Assembly: GCF_902459465.1 (NCBI RefSeq)
Contig: NC_047067.1
Location: 6,572,001-6,636,000, forward strand
DNA length: 64,000 bases
Origin: Asterias rubens
Lineage: Eukaryota
Reading direction: 5' to 3'
In this document: piece by piece, positions 50,420 through 61,597 of the stretch
Numbering within the stretch: position 1 is the first letter of the stretch
Layout of the letters: every line of letters begins with the position of its first letter
The notes under the pieces: model-generated
Told to the model about the DNA's origin: nothing
Databases searched by the model: none
What the model saw: only the letters and a program-made list of their open reading frames with translations
Made by a program: the position numbers and the translations under genes

Positions 50420-50561
50420 ATGGAGGACATTGACTATGGTGTCACTGGTCCTGGCCTTGGCGCCCCCTCAAACGTTTCCCATTTAAGATTTTCCACTGGA
50501 AGTGCCCTTTACATTATGCTCATAAGACTTGCTCTTTCACTTGTATGAAAGTCCAGGCCTG
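50420..50561. mobile_element. Degenerate family E
   Basis: TTTTCCACTGGAAGTGCCCTTT block; ends CAGGCCTG. Confidence 0.5.
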
Positions 50562-51055
50562 GAACGCGAACGGCCCAAACAAGTGTGTTTTCATTATCTC
50601 TTACGCAATATTTGGGGAAGTAGTGCTCTCTGTCACCAGCCAGGCTTCTGATGGACGCTACCCAAGCATCAGTATAGACTGTATGGAGTAACCCTGTTTC
50701 AGCCCCAGGAGTAGGTGGCAACTGCCCCTGGAAAAATACTTGCCCACACCTTGAAGTGCCCTTCAGGCCTTGTGTGTCTGTCGACTTGCATATCAAAAAA
50801 AAAATACTTTAACGACGTGACCTTGACTTCGTTCAACTTAAAGTGAATACACCACCGTAATAGCTCAAAACTTACACGATGTCTTCATGTAAGAGGAAAC
50901 ATGCTACACCATGTCTTTGCATTATTCTAGAACAAAAGCTACACCCACAACACATTCCCTTGAGTAGGTGAGAAAATACCACACCCTAGTTTTGTTTCTT
51001 CTTATGCATTGCAAGGGATAAAATTATACTACGACCGAGATTTAACTTCTTGCGT

Positions 51056-51219
51056 ATAGACCTTTATCACTTGATTTTACTCCATTCCAACTCACTGTAA
51101 CCAAACTGAGGCTAGACGAAATAATAGTCTGGTGCCATGCGCATTGACTGTAAGCATTCATTACTGTTATTGGAAACAGGGAGCACAACCAAGATGGTGA
51201 CAGCGTGATAAAGGTATAT
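51056..51219. mobile_element. Small MITE with ATAGACCTTTATCAC TIR
   Basis: ATAGACCTTTATCAC ... GTGATAAAGGTATAT (1 mismatch). Confidence 0.6.
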
Positions 51220-52105
51220 ACGGGGAACAGTACCGGATTCGTTGTACCATATAACTTTTCAAGATAGAAACAAACCATGAACCAATTTAAGCATTATGAA
51301 AAGTGGAAATTATTATAGATGGAGAGTGACTTTTACAACGCAGTAGGGGATAGAGTCACTGTATTTTCTTCAAACCCCCAAAGGGACGTTCCGGAGCCGT
51401 ACCCCTTTCTCAGATAAGCGGGGCCGTAGAATTGAGCTAACCCACGGCAGGCACCAGCTGATCATCATCCACTCGTGTCATATCCTGTGTGTCACCCCTT
51501 CCAAAATAATCCATTTTTTTTTTATTGTACATCTTTTGTAATTGGGTAATCAGTCAGCACACTTGCTCGACAGCCATGTGACCATGCTGGATCGAGTTTC
51601 TAAGACTATGTTGATTTCCGATAAGAGGTTGAAAAGCTTCCCAGTCTCTAAAAAAAAGTACCAGAAAAAGAAAAAAAATTATGTTTACTGGTGATGGCGC
51701 TATTTGCTAAATAGTGTTCACTGGTATTTGTTAGTCTGCAGAATGAAACACGTGGGGAGGGATGGGGTGGGGATGGAAAATGAAGTGCTATAAAAACTTC
51801 TTTCAACCTACATGGCTGAGAGAATGAATTGTGCACCTCATCCTGCGTTGAAGCATCGCGGTCTTAAAAATGAGAGAAATGTCCCTACTAGTAGTAACCC
51901 AGCCCACACCATTTTCACTCTTCGTTGGCCCCTGCACCCATCCAAAGCCAATTGCGTGTTACAGTTTTTTAAGTTTGCCTGTTCATAGTTATTGAATCAT
52001 GGCTACTTTTTATTGGCACGATACGGGAGTGGATAATTTCCTCAATTCCCTGAGGCACTATGACGAGGTCTCCACTGTAGCATCGACCTTGAACCTGGTG
52101 CTTAA

Positions 52106-52456
52106 AGGCACTGGACACTGTTGGTACTTACTCAAAATAATGGTTAGCAGAAAAACTTAATTGGTAACGAGCAATGGAGAGCTACTGATAGTATAAAACA
52201 TTGTGAGAAACGGTTCCCTCTGAAGTTACGTAATTTTTGAGAAAGAAGTAATTTCTCACTAAAATATTTGAATAAGGCATCTGAAAAGCACACAACTTGT
52301 ACGACAAGGGTGTTTTTCCCCCATAATCCTCTCGCAACTTCGAGACAATTGAGTTCAAACTTTCACAGGTTTGTTACTTAATCATAATGCGTATGTTGAG
52401 GTACACCAAGTGAGACGACCGGTCTTTGACAATATTGCCAAAGGTGTCCAGTGCCT
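52106..52456. mobile_element. Kolobok-type MITE family A
   Basis: TTAA-flanked, both TIRs. Confidence 0.92.
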
Positions 52457-53012
52457 TTAACCATGACGGGGTTGCCCTTACAGCGCACCATCCGGCCCCT
52501 GTAAAATTACCCCCTACACGAACCCCTCCGGCCCCCGGCTGGAAGCCCAGGTCAGAGGTGTCCACATAAAGTTATTACCTAATAAAAGTTCAAATTAAGT
52601 GAGAAATCTGACACGTTTTGTCGAAACTGGGTGTAACCCTTTTTGGTGTATGTTAAACTAGCCGTAACTAGATAAGGATATCCAATTTCTTGTATCAGTT
52701 ATTATGTGGAATTCCGTTGAGAGTGAGCAATGTGTGTTTGTTTCGCCATGCAAAATGCCCAAACAGTAATTATTCCTGTACAAAACATGCTCTCCTGTGA
52801 TTGGTTTTCAATTTTTGGTGTGGTTCTGATTTCCCCTATGCCCGGATTCCTGCCTGAAAGGTGGAAAGGGGGGTGGGGGACCCTATTGCATTGCAGTCGA
52901 GGTATAATAATCGTTTTCCAGATATTGATTTTATAATGCAGGAAGAAACTTGCTTATGTGATCAAAATGTAACTCTTTCCTAGTGATTGTTAAACCTATT
53001 TTGTATACTAAA

Positions 53013-53186
53013 CAGGTCTGATACTCCAAAGAGGCAACGAGGGCAGTTGCCTTCATTGGTCATTGCCTTGGAGTTTTTGAAATGCTCCACTAGAAATTCA
53101 CAATTTCACCATAGAGTGCCCTCCTTTACTTAGGAGAAAATGCCTTGGTGCCCTTGCCCTTTAAAAAAACGAAGCATGCAGGCCTG
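53013..53186. mobile_element. MITE family E, near full length
   Basis: CAGGTCTGATACTCC ... GAAGCATGCAGGCCTG. Confidence 0.78.
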
Positions 53187-53567
53187 CTGAATATTACCAC
53201 ACGATATCCAAAATAGAAATTTGGTTTGGGTTTTCACTTCTTGATTATTATGCACGTTTAACTTCACGAAACAACGCCGTCGGGTTTGATAAGTTTTTCA
53301 ACACCTTGTCTGTGCACAAGCCTCAAAATCTTGTTCTGTAATTGCCAACAAATGTTGGAACAATCTTGTTCAACATCTGTCCGGAAATTTTAATTAGTGC
53401 CTTTTCTGTAACAATACGTCATCAGCAGAATGAAAGAATGAAAGGACGCCACCCATCGTCCCGATCATCACCAGTGCACGACTTGCGCTCCGTATAAGCC
53501 TACAATGATTAATACTCCCCACCCAAAAAAAACTAATAAATAAACAGATTACAAGGTTTGGTGTTAA

Positions 53568-53815
53568 AGGCATGCGAGACTTTTGGAAATTATTCCCCAA
53601 AAATTGTAACAAGCAAAAGAGAGCTGTTGGTATACGAAACGGCTCACTGTAGAATAACGTAGTTTTGGAGAAAGAGTTCCAACAAGAGTGATTTCTTTCA
53701 TTATCTTCTTGCAACTTCGATTACCAATTTAGTCTAAAATATTTGACGCATATGTTGGGATTTACCAAATGAGAGTTTTGGTCTTTGACAATTACCAAAG
53801 GTGTCCAGTGTGTCT
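53568..53815. mobile_element. Degenerate family A MITE
   Basis: TTAA|AGGC start; GACAATTACCAAAGGTGTCCAGTG end. Confidence 0.72.
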
Positions 53816-54092
53816 TTGAGTCCTTGGTCTGTTAGTGTAAAATACTTGACAAAGGTTAGCAACATTCTTCAAGTGATATTCATTTTGATCTTGCTCACCT
53901 GTTTCTTTCTTATAATTGAACGAATCATCGCTACGTAGTAGTGCAGTAGCGGAACTGATATCATATTAATGCGTGTCAAGTTTGATCTAAATGGTCACTT
54001 CCTCCCAGACTCCACTCTAACCGATGACATCAGAGACTGCCAAAGTATATTCAATCGTGGATAATAAATAAAATAAAAAAGTCCCAACTATA

Positions 54093-54259
54093 GGCCCTTT
54101 TTGAATCCACAGTTTCCGCTTTGGATTCAGCTTCAGGCTCCGTTCTCTCGTCTGAAGCCCTGAGCACGTACGCAAAGAACGCGCAATTGTCAAAATAACC
54201 ACGGGGCCAAGCTAGCTTGAGCCGAATCTTGAGCCGAAGCCGTGGTTTCGAAAAGAGCC
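54093..54259. mobile_element. MITE family C (reverse orientation)
   Basis: TA|GGCCC ... GAGCC|TA; internal block reverse-complemented. Confidence 0.85.
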
Positions 54260-54316
54260 TATGTGGCTTATTTTGAACGCACATGATTGGTACAGTGGCA
54301 CATTAACCAATCTGAT

Positions 54317-54477
54317 GGGCACAATTTCATAGATCTGCTTCTGAAAAAGTAGCTAAGCACAACAAAATTATGCTTACCAGAATAATGCTATGCCACATGC
54401 ACAACCTGTGACAGGTATCTTGCTTATTTTTGCTTAGCAGAAATATGTTAAGCATACAATTCTTTGAAATCGGGCCC
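54317..54477. mobile_element. MITE family D
   Basis: GGGCACAATTTCATAGA ... TCTTTGAAATCGGGCCC. Confidence 0.65.
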
Positions 54478-54482
54478 AGATT

Positions 54483-54643
54483 CAGCCTGATACTTCACGG
54501 AGGCAACGAATGCGATTGCCCTCTCGCCCTTGGTCATTGCCTTGGTGCCCTGAAAATGCTTCAGTAGAAATTTAAAATTTCCTCATTGGGTGCCCTTGCC
54601 TTTGTGCCATTGCCGTTTCGAAAACGAAGCATATACAGGCCTG
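54483..54643. mobile_element. MITE family E
   Basis: CAGCCTGATACTTC ... GAAGCATATACAGGCCTG. Confidence 0.78.
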
Positions 54644-54732
54644 ACTTCGTATATATTATTTTTCTTGTCTATCCTATATGTGACAGTACTCCGATCCAAC
54701 CCACCAACTGTATTTCTTCCTCCCCGTTTCAG

Positions 54733-54866
54733 AAAGTTTCCCGTCTATCCTGGGTCTACCACTGATAACACCGGCCATCCTTGACGATGTCCTCTTCAAG
54801 TGCGCATTCCGCGGGGTGGACTCCAGCCAGAGATCATTGAAGGGGTATACCGTCTCCTGGTACAAG
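54733..54866 (+). CDS. VWDE: VWDE-like exon 5 (ESFPSILGLPLITPAILDDVLFKCAFRGVDSSQRSLKGYTVSWYK)
   Basis: CCCCGTTTCAG acceptor, GTAATG donor; 134 nt, phase 1 to 0; open frame not captured by the ORF track. Confidence 0.82.
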
Positions 54867-54907
54867 GTAATGCAGAAATAGTCTACCAAGGAGCAGCCAG
54901 GGTTTGT

Positions 54908-55056
54908 GGTCCTTTACGGATTCAGCTCAGGCTAGCTTGGCCTCTCGGTTGTTTTGACAACTGCGCGTGCTTTGCGTATATACGTGCCCAGGGCCTCAGG
55001 AGAGGACGGATCCTGAAGCCGAATCCAAAGCCGAAACTGTGATTTCGTAAAGGGCC
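54908..55056. mobile_element. MITE family C (forward), 41 bp after the exon 5 donor
   Basis: Internal block and right TIR match family C. Confidence 0.75.
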
Positions 55057-55064
55057 TAGGTCTA

Positions 55065-55500
55065 AAATATCACATCCGGCTGCCGAACAACACGATGAAA
55101 AAATAACCCCATTTTGCAATAACTTTCTCAGATAGACATCAGAGTTTGGGTTTTGGAGTTACCATCTCTTCTCTAATGTCCTATATGTAGCTATACAAAG
55201 CCAGGGTTGGGTCTAGAATAATCTCATCCGGCTGCCGAACAACGCGATGAAAAAAAACCTCATTTTGCAATAACTTCTGAGATAGATATCGCAGGGTTTT
55301 GGGTTTTGGAGTAATCAAAACTTCTCTAATTTCACATTCTTTTTAGCTTGACAGTGCATTCATGGTGGTTTATAGTTATCTCATCCGGCTCAGCTCCGAA
55401 CAACGCGGTGAAAAAAACATCATTTAGCAATAACTTCCTCAGATAAATGGTGACCGGTTTTGGTTTTGGATTAATCAACTCTTCTCTAATTTCACATTTG
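55065..55500. repeat. Three tandem units of ~152-157 bp
   Basis: CATCCGGCT..CCGAACAAC.CG.TGAAAAAA at 55073, 55225 and 55382. Confidence 0.88.
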
Positions 55501-55736
55501 TAACTAAACATATTATAATCAATGGACCACACACGCAATTTAATCTCCTTTTTGAAGACAGTTGTTCTACCTTCTTGTGTGGTCTTAAAGTAAAAGTTAA
55601 GGAAACGGAAGTATTTAAGAGATGTGTCCAGATTTCACTGAGTACGAAATGTTTCTTTGCAACTTTGCATTTAAAGTCAAAGTAATCTTGAACATAAAGT
55701 GAAGATATACTTATACGTTTGGTAATCACTCTTTAA

Positions 55737-56103
55737 AGGGAAGGTACACGTTTGGTAATTACTCAAAACAAATATTAACTTAAAAACTGGCTTGATAGCG
55801 ATCATTGGAGAGCTGTTGATAGTATAAAACATTGTGAAAGACGGCTCCATCTGAAGTAGCATAGATTTTGAGAAAGAGGTAATTTCTCACTAAAATATTA
55901 AAAGACTTCTAGCCAGACGTCTTTTATTCCTTCTGAAAGCGCACAAATTCGTCCAACAATGCTGTTTTTTCTCTCATCATTTTCTCACAACTTCGATGAC
56001 CAATTTAGCTCAAATTGTCACAGGCTTGTTATTTTATGCTTATGTTGGGATACACCAAGTGAGAAGACTGGTCTTTGACAATTACCAAACGTGCACCTTC
56101 CCT
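55737..56103. mobile_element. Family A subfamily with AGGGAAGGTACACGTTTGG TIRs
   Basis: TTAA|AGGGAAGGTACACG ... CGTGCACCTTCCCT|TTAA. Confidence 0.9.
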
Positions 56104-56738
56104 TTAAGATAATGGCAATACAGTAAACAACAGCTTTCGGTAGTATTCAACTTTTTGAGAATCATTTCACTTCGGATTAATGCCTGGTCATGGACAAAGA
56201 TGCCAGTTTCTATCCCCAAAAGTTGAATCTCGGAAGCGTTTCTGTCAGAATATAACGTATCTCAGATTTTGTCATTCCAATTGCGGATTATCCTTCCTAA
56301 CAACTGCTCTGGGTTTTTGTCGATGTGTGTAAAACGCTACCACTTATTGAAATTCAATGTTCACAGTTACTTTTATGGTATATCTACATTTAGGAATAAA
56401 ACAATCGAACAATCACTAACCAAATAAATGTATATATAGGCCCTTGTACGTTCCCATTTACCAGAGTGTTGAAAAGATTGTATAGTTATAAACAAAAAGG
56501 TGTTGACTGTTGCATTGATCTGTATGTTTTAAACCTTAGAAAGGCTACGTTTGAAAATGTTTTAATCAGCCTAATAGCAAATACTGTAAATATATACAGT
56601 ATGAAGTTCTTTGCTCGGCAAACATTAAGATTGAGGCACACTCAAACAAATACCATTTTGGATATCAGGTCAAAAGTTCATCTTTTGGTTGCTTTTTAGT
56701 AAAACTCATGAGGTTTCTTTTGGAATGATTTTAACCAG

Positions 56739-56837
56739 GCAGATGGCACTGGATCGTATCAGAAAGTGGCATCCGAAGACACTTTTCAGAATTTCGTCTT
56801 CATCAACCCAAGAGATTACTTACGCATGGGAGATAAG
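56739..56837 (+). CDS. VWDE: VWDE-like exon 6 (ADGTGSYQKVASEDTFQNFVFINPRDYLRMGDK)
   Basis: TTTTAACCAG acceptor, GTACCG donor; 99 nt, phase 0 to 0. Ends in LRMGDK, resembling the VWDE LRLGD motif. Confidence 0.82.
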
Positions 56838-57152
56838 GTACCGTATAATAATGGTGACATAATTGTGTGAATTGTTACTGTAACTCTCATTTTAAAGGCA
56901 ATGCACACTATTAGTAGTTACTCAAAAGAGTTGTTAACATAAAAACTTAATGTAAAGAGCTACTGACAGTCTTAATCTTAGTTAGAAACGGAAACGTCTT
57001 CATCAACCCAAGAGATTACTTACGCATGGGAGATAAGGTACCGTATAATAATGGAAAGGCAATGCACACTATTAGTAGTTACTCAAAAGAGTTGTTAACA
57101 TAAAAACTTAATGTAAAGAGCTATTGATAGTCTTAATCTTAGTTAGAAACGG
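56795..57152 (+). repeat. Recent tandem duplication including the 3' half of exon 6 and its donor
   Basis: 56795-56991 repeated at 56995-57152 with a 39-bp deletion and 2 substitutions. Confidence 0.92.
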
Positions 57153-57245
57153 TCCCCTCTGAAGAAACGTAGTTGTTGAGAATATTAGGCATCTGAAAGC
57201 GCACACATTTTTTGTGCAACAAGGGTGCTTTCTTTCTCTTTTCTC
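56896..57245. mobile_element. Degenerate family A MITE, partly duplicated
   Basis: TTAA|AGGCAATGCACACTATTAGTAGTTACTCAAAA; left end present twice because of the local duplication. Confidence 0.75.
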
Positions 57246-57412
57246 TTGAAGTTTTGATTCGGACACTGGGATGATCACAACATCTAAGGAAGATGTGGAT
57301 ATTAATCTATTTAAAAAATTGCATAATATTATTAATATAACTTGTATTGGGAATGAATCTGTTTTTCTATTTCACGGGTCAAGATTTCACGATTCTTTTT
57401 ATTTGTTTGTAG

Positions 57413-57502
57413 ATAATTTGTTCAGTCCAAGCTTTCTTCAATGAAACAAGAGAACTGAAAAGTCCAGCAATAGAAAGTGATCCTTATGAAGCGACGATCA
57501 AG
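57413..57502 (+). CDS. VWDE: VWDE-like exon 7 (IICSVQAFFNETRELKSPAIESDPYEATIK)
   Basis: TTTGTTTGTAG acceptor, GTAAGT donor; 90 nt, phase 0 to 0. Confidence 0.9.
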
Positions 57503-57795
57503 GTAAGTTGAGTATAAAGTTAATGACAATTGCACCTTTGTGTTCTCTCTTTCGCATACTTTGAAGCTCCTGCTAGAATGGGGTTCATTGGTCAAAAGTG
57601 GTCTTCAAAGTATTTGGTTGGCAAAAAAATAAACCAATTCGTTTACCAAGTAAAACGTGTTTTTTTTTTTTTTTTTTTTTTTTTTTTACGAATTTTTCAT
57701 GTGAGGTCAAGGATCTTTTGATCATCACATGCAAATGCCATTAACGACCTTTTGATAACATCTCCTTTAACGTCATCTTCTCGTTTTTCTTCAAG

Positions 57796-57931
57796 GTAAC
57801 TCCGAGTAGTTTAGAGATCTTGGAGAATGGTCAACCTCATTTTCTCATCTTCGAGAGTACGATGCCCATCACGTGTGGTCAGAAAGACTCGGTGTGTTCG
57901 ATTAGAGTCGCGCTTACCACTATCAATAACG
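57796..57931 (+). CDS. VWDE: VWDE-like exon 8 (VTPSSLEILENGQPHFLIFESTMPITCGQKDSVCSIRVALTTINN)
   Basis: TTTTTCTTCAAG acceptor, GTAGGT donor; 136 nt, phase 0 to 1; EST.PI.C motif. Confidence 0.9.
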
Positions 57932-58336
57932 GTAGGTTGAAATCCGTGGTCCTTTCCCTATGATTGGAACAACTGTAATCGTAATGCAATTAGTGTAATG
58001 GTTCACTCTAAAAACGTCCGGGTCGAGTTGACCCGGATCCGGGGCCCCGTTCGGCCTGACCCATTTCTTATCAGGCCGCGAGGGAGCTGGCGTGTCGATT
58101 TTGATCTGGGATTTGTTTTTGAATTTTTTATTTGCAGTGAAAATGTTTGGTAGAAATGCGGTTGTAATTGCTGGTGGTAAAATTAAATACATTAATCTGG
58201 ATGACTTGTTCAGTTGCTAATATTTTCACGAAACTAAATTTGTGTCTGCTATTTTATTGTCCAGTTATTTAAAGAGGAGCATTTGAATTGCTCATTCCCC
58301 AGGAAAGTCGATAATATTCTCTGTCATTCTGTTTAG

Positions 58337-58548
58337 ACGTTCATCTTGGTCCAGATATCGTTCTATCCGAGTGTTTTGTTGATTTCCGTTCCCGTGTGTG
58401 TCTGGAACCCCGGTGCCGGCGGGCCTCAGTCCTCGTCACTGCCGTCACGGACTTCACACAAGACGGCAGGCGAAGCAGCGTCATTGTCACGGGGGCTGTC
58501 ACAAGTTCGGACCCTTTCTGGAATGGCTTCGATCCGGAAGATGTAGAG
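58337..58548 (+). CDS. VWDE: VWDE-like exon 9 (DVHLGPDIVLSECFVDF...TAVTDFTQDGRRSSVIVTGAVTSSDPFWNGFDPEDVE)
   Basis: TTTAG acceptor, GTGAAG donor; 212 nt, phase 1 to 0; TAVTDF..DG motif. Confidence 0.92.
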
Positions 58549-59166
58549 GTGAAGATATGTTTTTCTTTGAATAATCTATTACCTTCCGGTCTTCATCGTA
58601 CGGTCACGACCCTGCCGGTTTAAACAAACGGCCAGAACTCTTTCCCCCCTTATTTTTATTTTTATTTAATTTAATTATTTAGACAATACTATAATTATAA
58701 CATGCAGAGGCCGTCTTGCACGGAAAGGCAGAAAAGAATCTGCCATCAAAAAGATGTGCACCCTCGGACCCTGCTTATTTAAAATACTACAACTTTGCGT
58801 TGTCATTGTTGGACTCTGTTGAACTCCCGGGCAGAACTAACCCATACTCCGGGTCCGCAGTGAGGGCCTGCTAGGTCAGGCTGAGACGGAAACTGCGGTC
58901 CAAAGTGAGATTTTAACTTGGGTTCTGCGTAATTTTGATCCGTTTGTGGGTCATTCTGACACAGATTCCTGGTCATATTGACACAGGAATTTGCGTTGAC
59001 CCACGAGAGCTGGAACCGGGTCAAGGCTGACCAGGAAGTCTTTAAAGTATGTCTTAATATTTGCGTCCGGAACATAAGCAGTCAATTTATTTCTGCCCTT
59101 CATCGTTGCACTTGCGTTCAGAAAGCATCATCTTTCCTGTGTATAGCTGTTGTGACATTCGGTTAA

Positions 59167-59546
59167 AGGCAGTGGACACTATTGGTAATTACTCAAAATA
59201 ATTATTAACATAAAACCTTTCTTGGTGACGAGTAATGGGGAGAGGTTGATAGTATAAAACATTGTGAGAAACGGCTCCCTCTGAAGTGCCATAGTTTTCG
59301 AGAAAGAAGTAATTTCCACGATTTTGATTTTGAGACCTCAGATTTAGAACTTGAGGTCTCGAAAACAACCATCTAAACGCACACAACTTCGTGTGACAAG
59401 GGTGTTTTTTCTTTCATTATTATTATCTCGCAACTTCGATGACCGATTGAGCTCAAATTTTCACAGGTTAGTTATTTTATGCAAATGTTGAGATACACCA
59501 ACTGTGAAGGCTAGTCCTTGACAATAACCAATAGTGTCCACTGCCT
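59167..59546. mobile_element. Kolobok-type MITE family A, full length
   Basis: Near-perfect TIRs and exact TTAA on both sides. Confidence 0.95.
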
Positions 59547-59550
59547 TTAA

Positions 59551-59765
59551 GTGTTGAGATCGGGCGAGTTGGTCCATGAAAAGCATTTGAAACCGTGTGT
59601 TGTGAAATGCATATTATGGTTAGAAAAAGTAGAATGTAATGATTAAGACAAATATGCCTCCATTGTTTTCCTTTTACGTCGTGAACTATAACACAACACC
59701 CATTTCGTGAACAAAACGGCCGACCGTGTTAGTTCGGAAAGCCATTTCATTTACGACTCGTAATA
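59551..59765. mobile_element. Degenerate family B fragment abutting family A
   Basis: GATCGGGCGAGTTGGTCCATGAAAAGC...ATGGTTAGAAA...ACGGCCGACCGTGTTAGTTCG match family B. Confidence 0.7.
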
Positions 59766-59853
59766 CTACATGTAGGCCTACACTATTCCTTTCAGGTTTT
59801 GCTGTAAATTTCAAATAGTTAACATAACTTTCCCTTTCTCTTTGACTTCCAAG

Positions 59854-59927
59854 GTCACGGTTGAAGATGGAATCACTGCACAGTGCTACGCGTTCACAGA
59901 ACCACATTTTATCACCTTCGATAGAAA
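59854..59927 (+). CDS. VWDE: VWDE-like exon 10, start of VWD domain (VTVEDGITAQCYAFTEPHFITFDR)
   Basis: CAAG acceptor, GTGAGT donor; 74 nt, phase 0 to 2; canonical VWD start C....PH..TFD. Confidence 0.95.
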
Positions 59928-60083
59928 GTGAGTTGACGTCATGCTCCCACGTGACAAAGCAGTTCATCTGTTAATCCTGACAAGCAGTTCATGTGTTTAA
60001 TCCGTTCCCAGTTACCAAAACAACGTTGGAAGAATTTCTCTTATGCAAAATAATATTATTTCATGTGGCTATTGAATTTGTCT

Positions 60084-60292
60084 AGGGGTGAACATTTCAC
60101 TCTCTAGTCCGAGTGGGGGAGTCGCTTTTTTGAGAGTGAAAGTCAATCCGTGTCACTCTTTTTAGTGAAATTGGAACGAACTTAAACTCTAAATCGAGTT
60201 GAAAGTACCCATCTTTCACTCTAAAAACCAATTGTCCGCCAAAGGCTCTGTGCAAGTGGTATGGCGGACAAAACGAGTGGTTTTTCACTCCT
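60084..60292. mobile_element. MITE with repeated GAGTGAAA/TTTCACTC motifs
   Basis: AGGGGTGAACATTTCACTC ... GAGTGGTTTTTCACTCCT. Confidence 0.5.
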
Positions 60293-60360
60293 GAAGGATA
60301 GAGAACGTGCGCAAATCACTCAATATTTTGTTTTAATATCTGTATATTTATCTTTTGCAG

Positions 60361-60424
60361 AAAGTATGACTTTTACAAAACAGGGACGTATGTCTTGATG
60401 AAAAGTGTCGTCAGAGAATTCGAG
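60361..60424 (+). CDS. VWDE: VWDE-like exon 11 (KYDFYKTGTYVLMKSVVREFE)
   Basis: TTTTGCAG acceptor, GTAAAT donor; 64 nt, phase 2 to 0; VWD YD..G.YVL motif. Confidence 0.93.
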
Positions 60425-60609
60425 GTAAATAAGAGATAGTTTAACAATCTTCAATTGGTAGGACCAACTTCTATTAAACTTCGATGCGATAAATTCTATC
60501 GAATCTGTGTAAACGTAATTTGTGTGTTAAATGGTAACAGGTATTGGTAATAAGTGTCAATCGTTTAATGGTAAACGAGAAAGGAACGTCTGGTGCCAAA
60601 CGACACATA

Positions 60610-60847
60610 GGGAGGATGGATGCAGTTACAAGAGGAAAGTTGTTAACGTGAACGTCAGAAAGTGTTGCTGTAAAAGTCTAACGTTTTTAGCATACGTTAC
60701 CATTTCTCACGTCAGGTACGTGCGTGCGTGCAGCCCCCATACGTGAGCATGCAATAAGCCCAAAGTGTTGACGTCACCTAGAAACTACACAATTTTCTGA
60801 CGTTCACGTTCACGTTTTTGCTCGCGTGAAGTGCAGCTAAACCTCCC
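60610..60847. mobile_element. Harbinger-like MITE
   Basis: GGGAGG..CCTCCC ends and a perfect inner IR AACGTGAACGTCAGAAA (60645-60661 / 60794-60810). Confidence 0.6.
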
Positions 60848-61233
60848 AATTCTTGGAAGTGTCGCATGTGCCATTTTTTGCCTTCGAGCTTGACTCTGCC
60901 AGTGTCGAAACGTCAGGCCACTAACTTATTTGTTGCAAACTTCAATTATCATGGGATAGTTGTGATATCATAGCTATGAGCTGACAAGTGTACGATTTGG
61001 TTTTCATTTCATTTCATTTTATTTGCCAGCAAACATAACAAAACACATCAAAGGTTTACAAGAACAAGCAATACAATGGTAATAAAGCACAAGGTTAAGG
61101 ACAATGACTAATTATGAATGTCAGTATGTGCTTTGCAGGTTTTATGTTACTGTGTTTTGCGTACGGGGTCTTCTGAAAAATTAATATGATTGGTGAAAAC
61201 AATGATTAATCAATCCATTTATTCCTATTATAG

Positions 61234-61443
61234 GTTCATAACAGAATTTGGAACTGCGGCGGTGCAGTGGAGCAAGTTTCTTGTAGCTGTGGGTTTGTTG
61301 CTAGGGAAGACAATGACGTCATATCTGTTGATATGTGTGATGGTGACGTATTTGAGACGACAGCGGAGGTCAAGATACGAAGTCCGTTACCCCTTTCGGA
61401 TGGGGTCAAAATAAAAGAGGCGCGAAATGGTTCAAAGATCACG
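61234..61443 (+). CDS. VWDE: VWDE-like exon 12 (VHNRIWNCGGAVEQVSCSCGFVAREDNDVISVDMCDG...NGSKIT)
   Basis: TAG acceptor, GTGAGA donor; 210 nt, phase 0 to 0; W.C..VSC.CGFVA.E..D....DMC.G motif. Confidence 0.94.
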
Positions 61444-61534
61444 GTGAGAACCCATGACCAAGCACTGGTCGTGTCTTGTCAGTATTTTATAGTTTTTTTT
61501 AAATAGTTTGGGTTCGAACAAAGACATTACTCAA

Positions 61535-61597
61535 AATATTTGTTGGGGGTGCCAATCAGAAGCCATAAACCGTATGCCGTGTAGCCAGGGATCACCA
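61535..61597 (-). mobile_element. Family T upstream-segment fragment
   Basis: GGTGCCAATCAGAAGC shared with 39076-39091. Confidence 0.45.
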
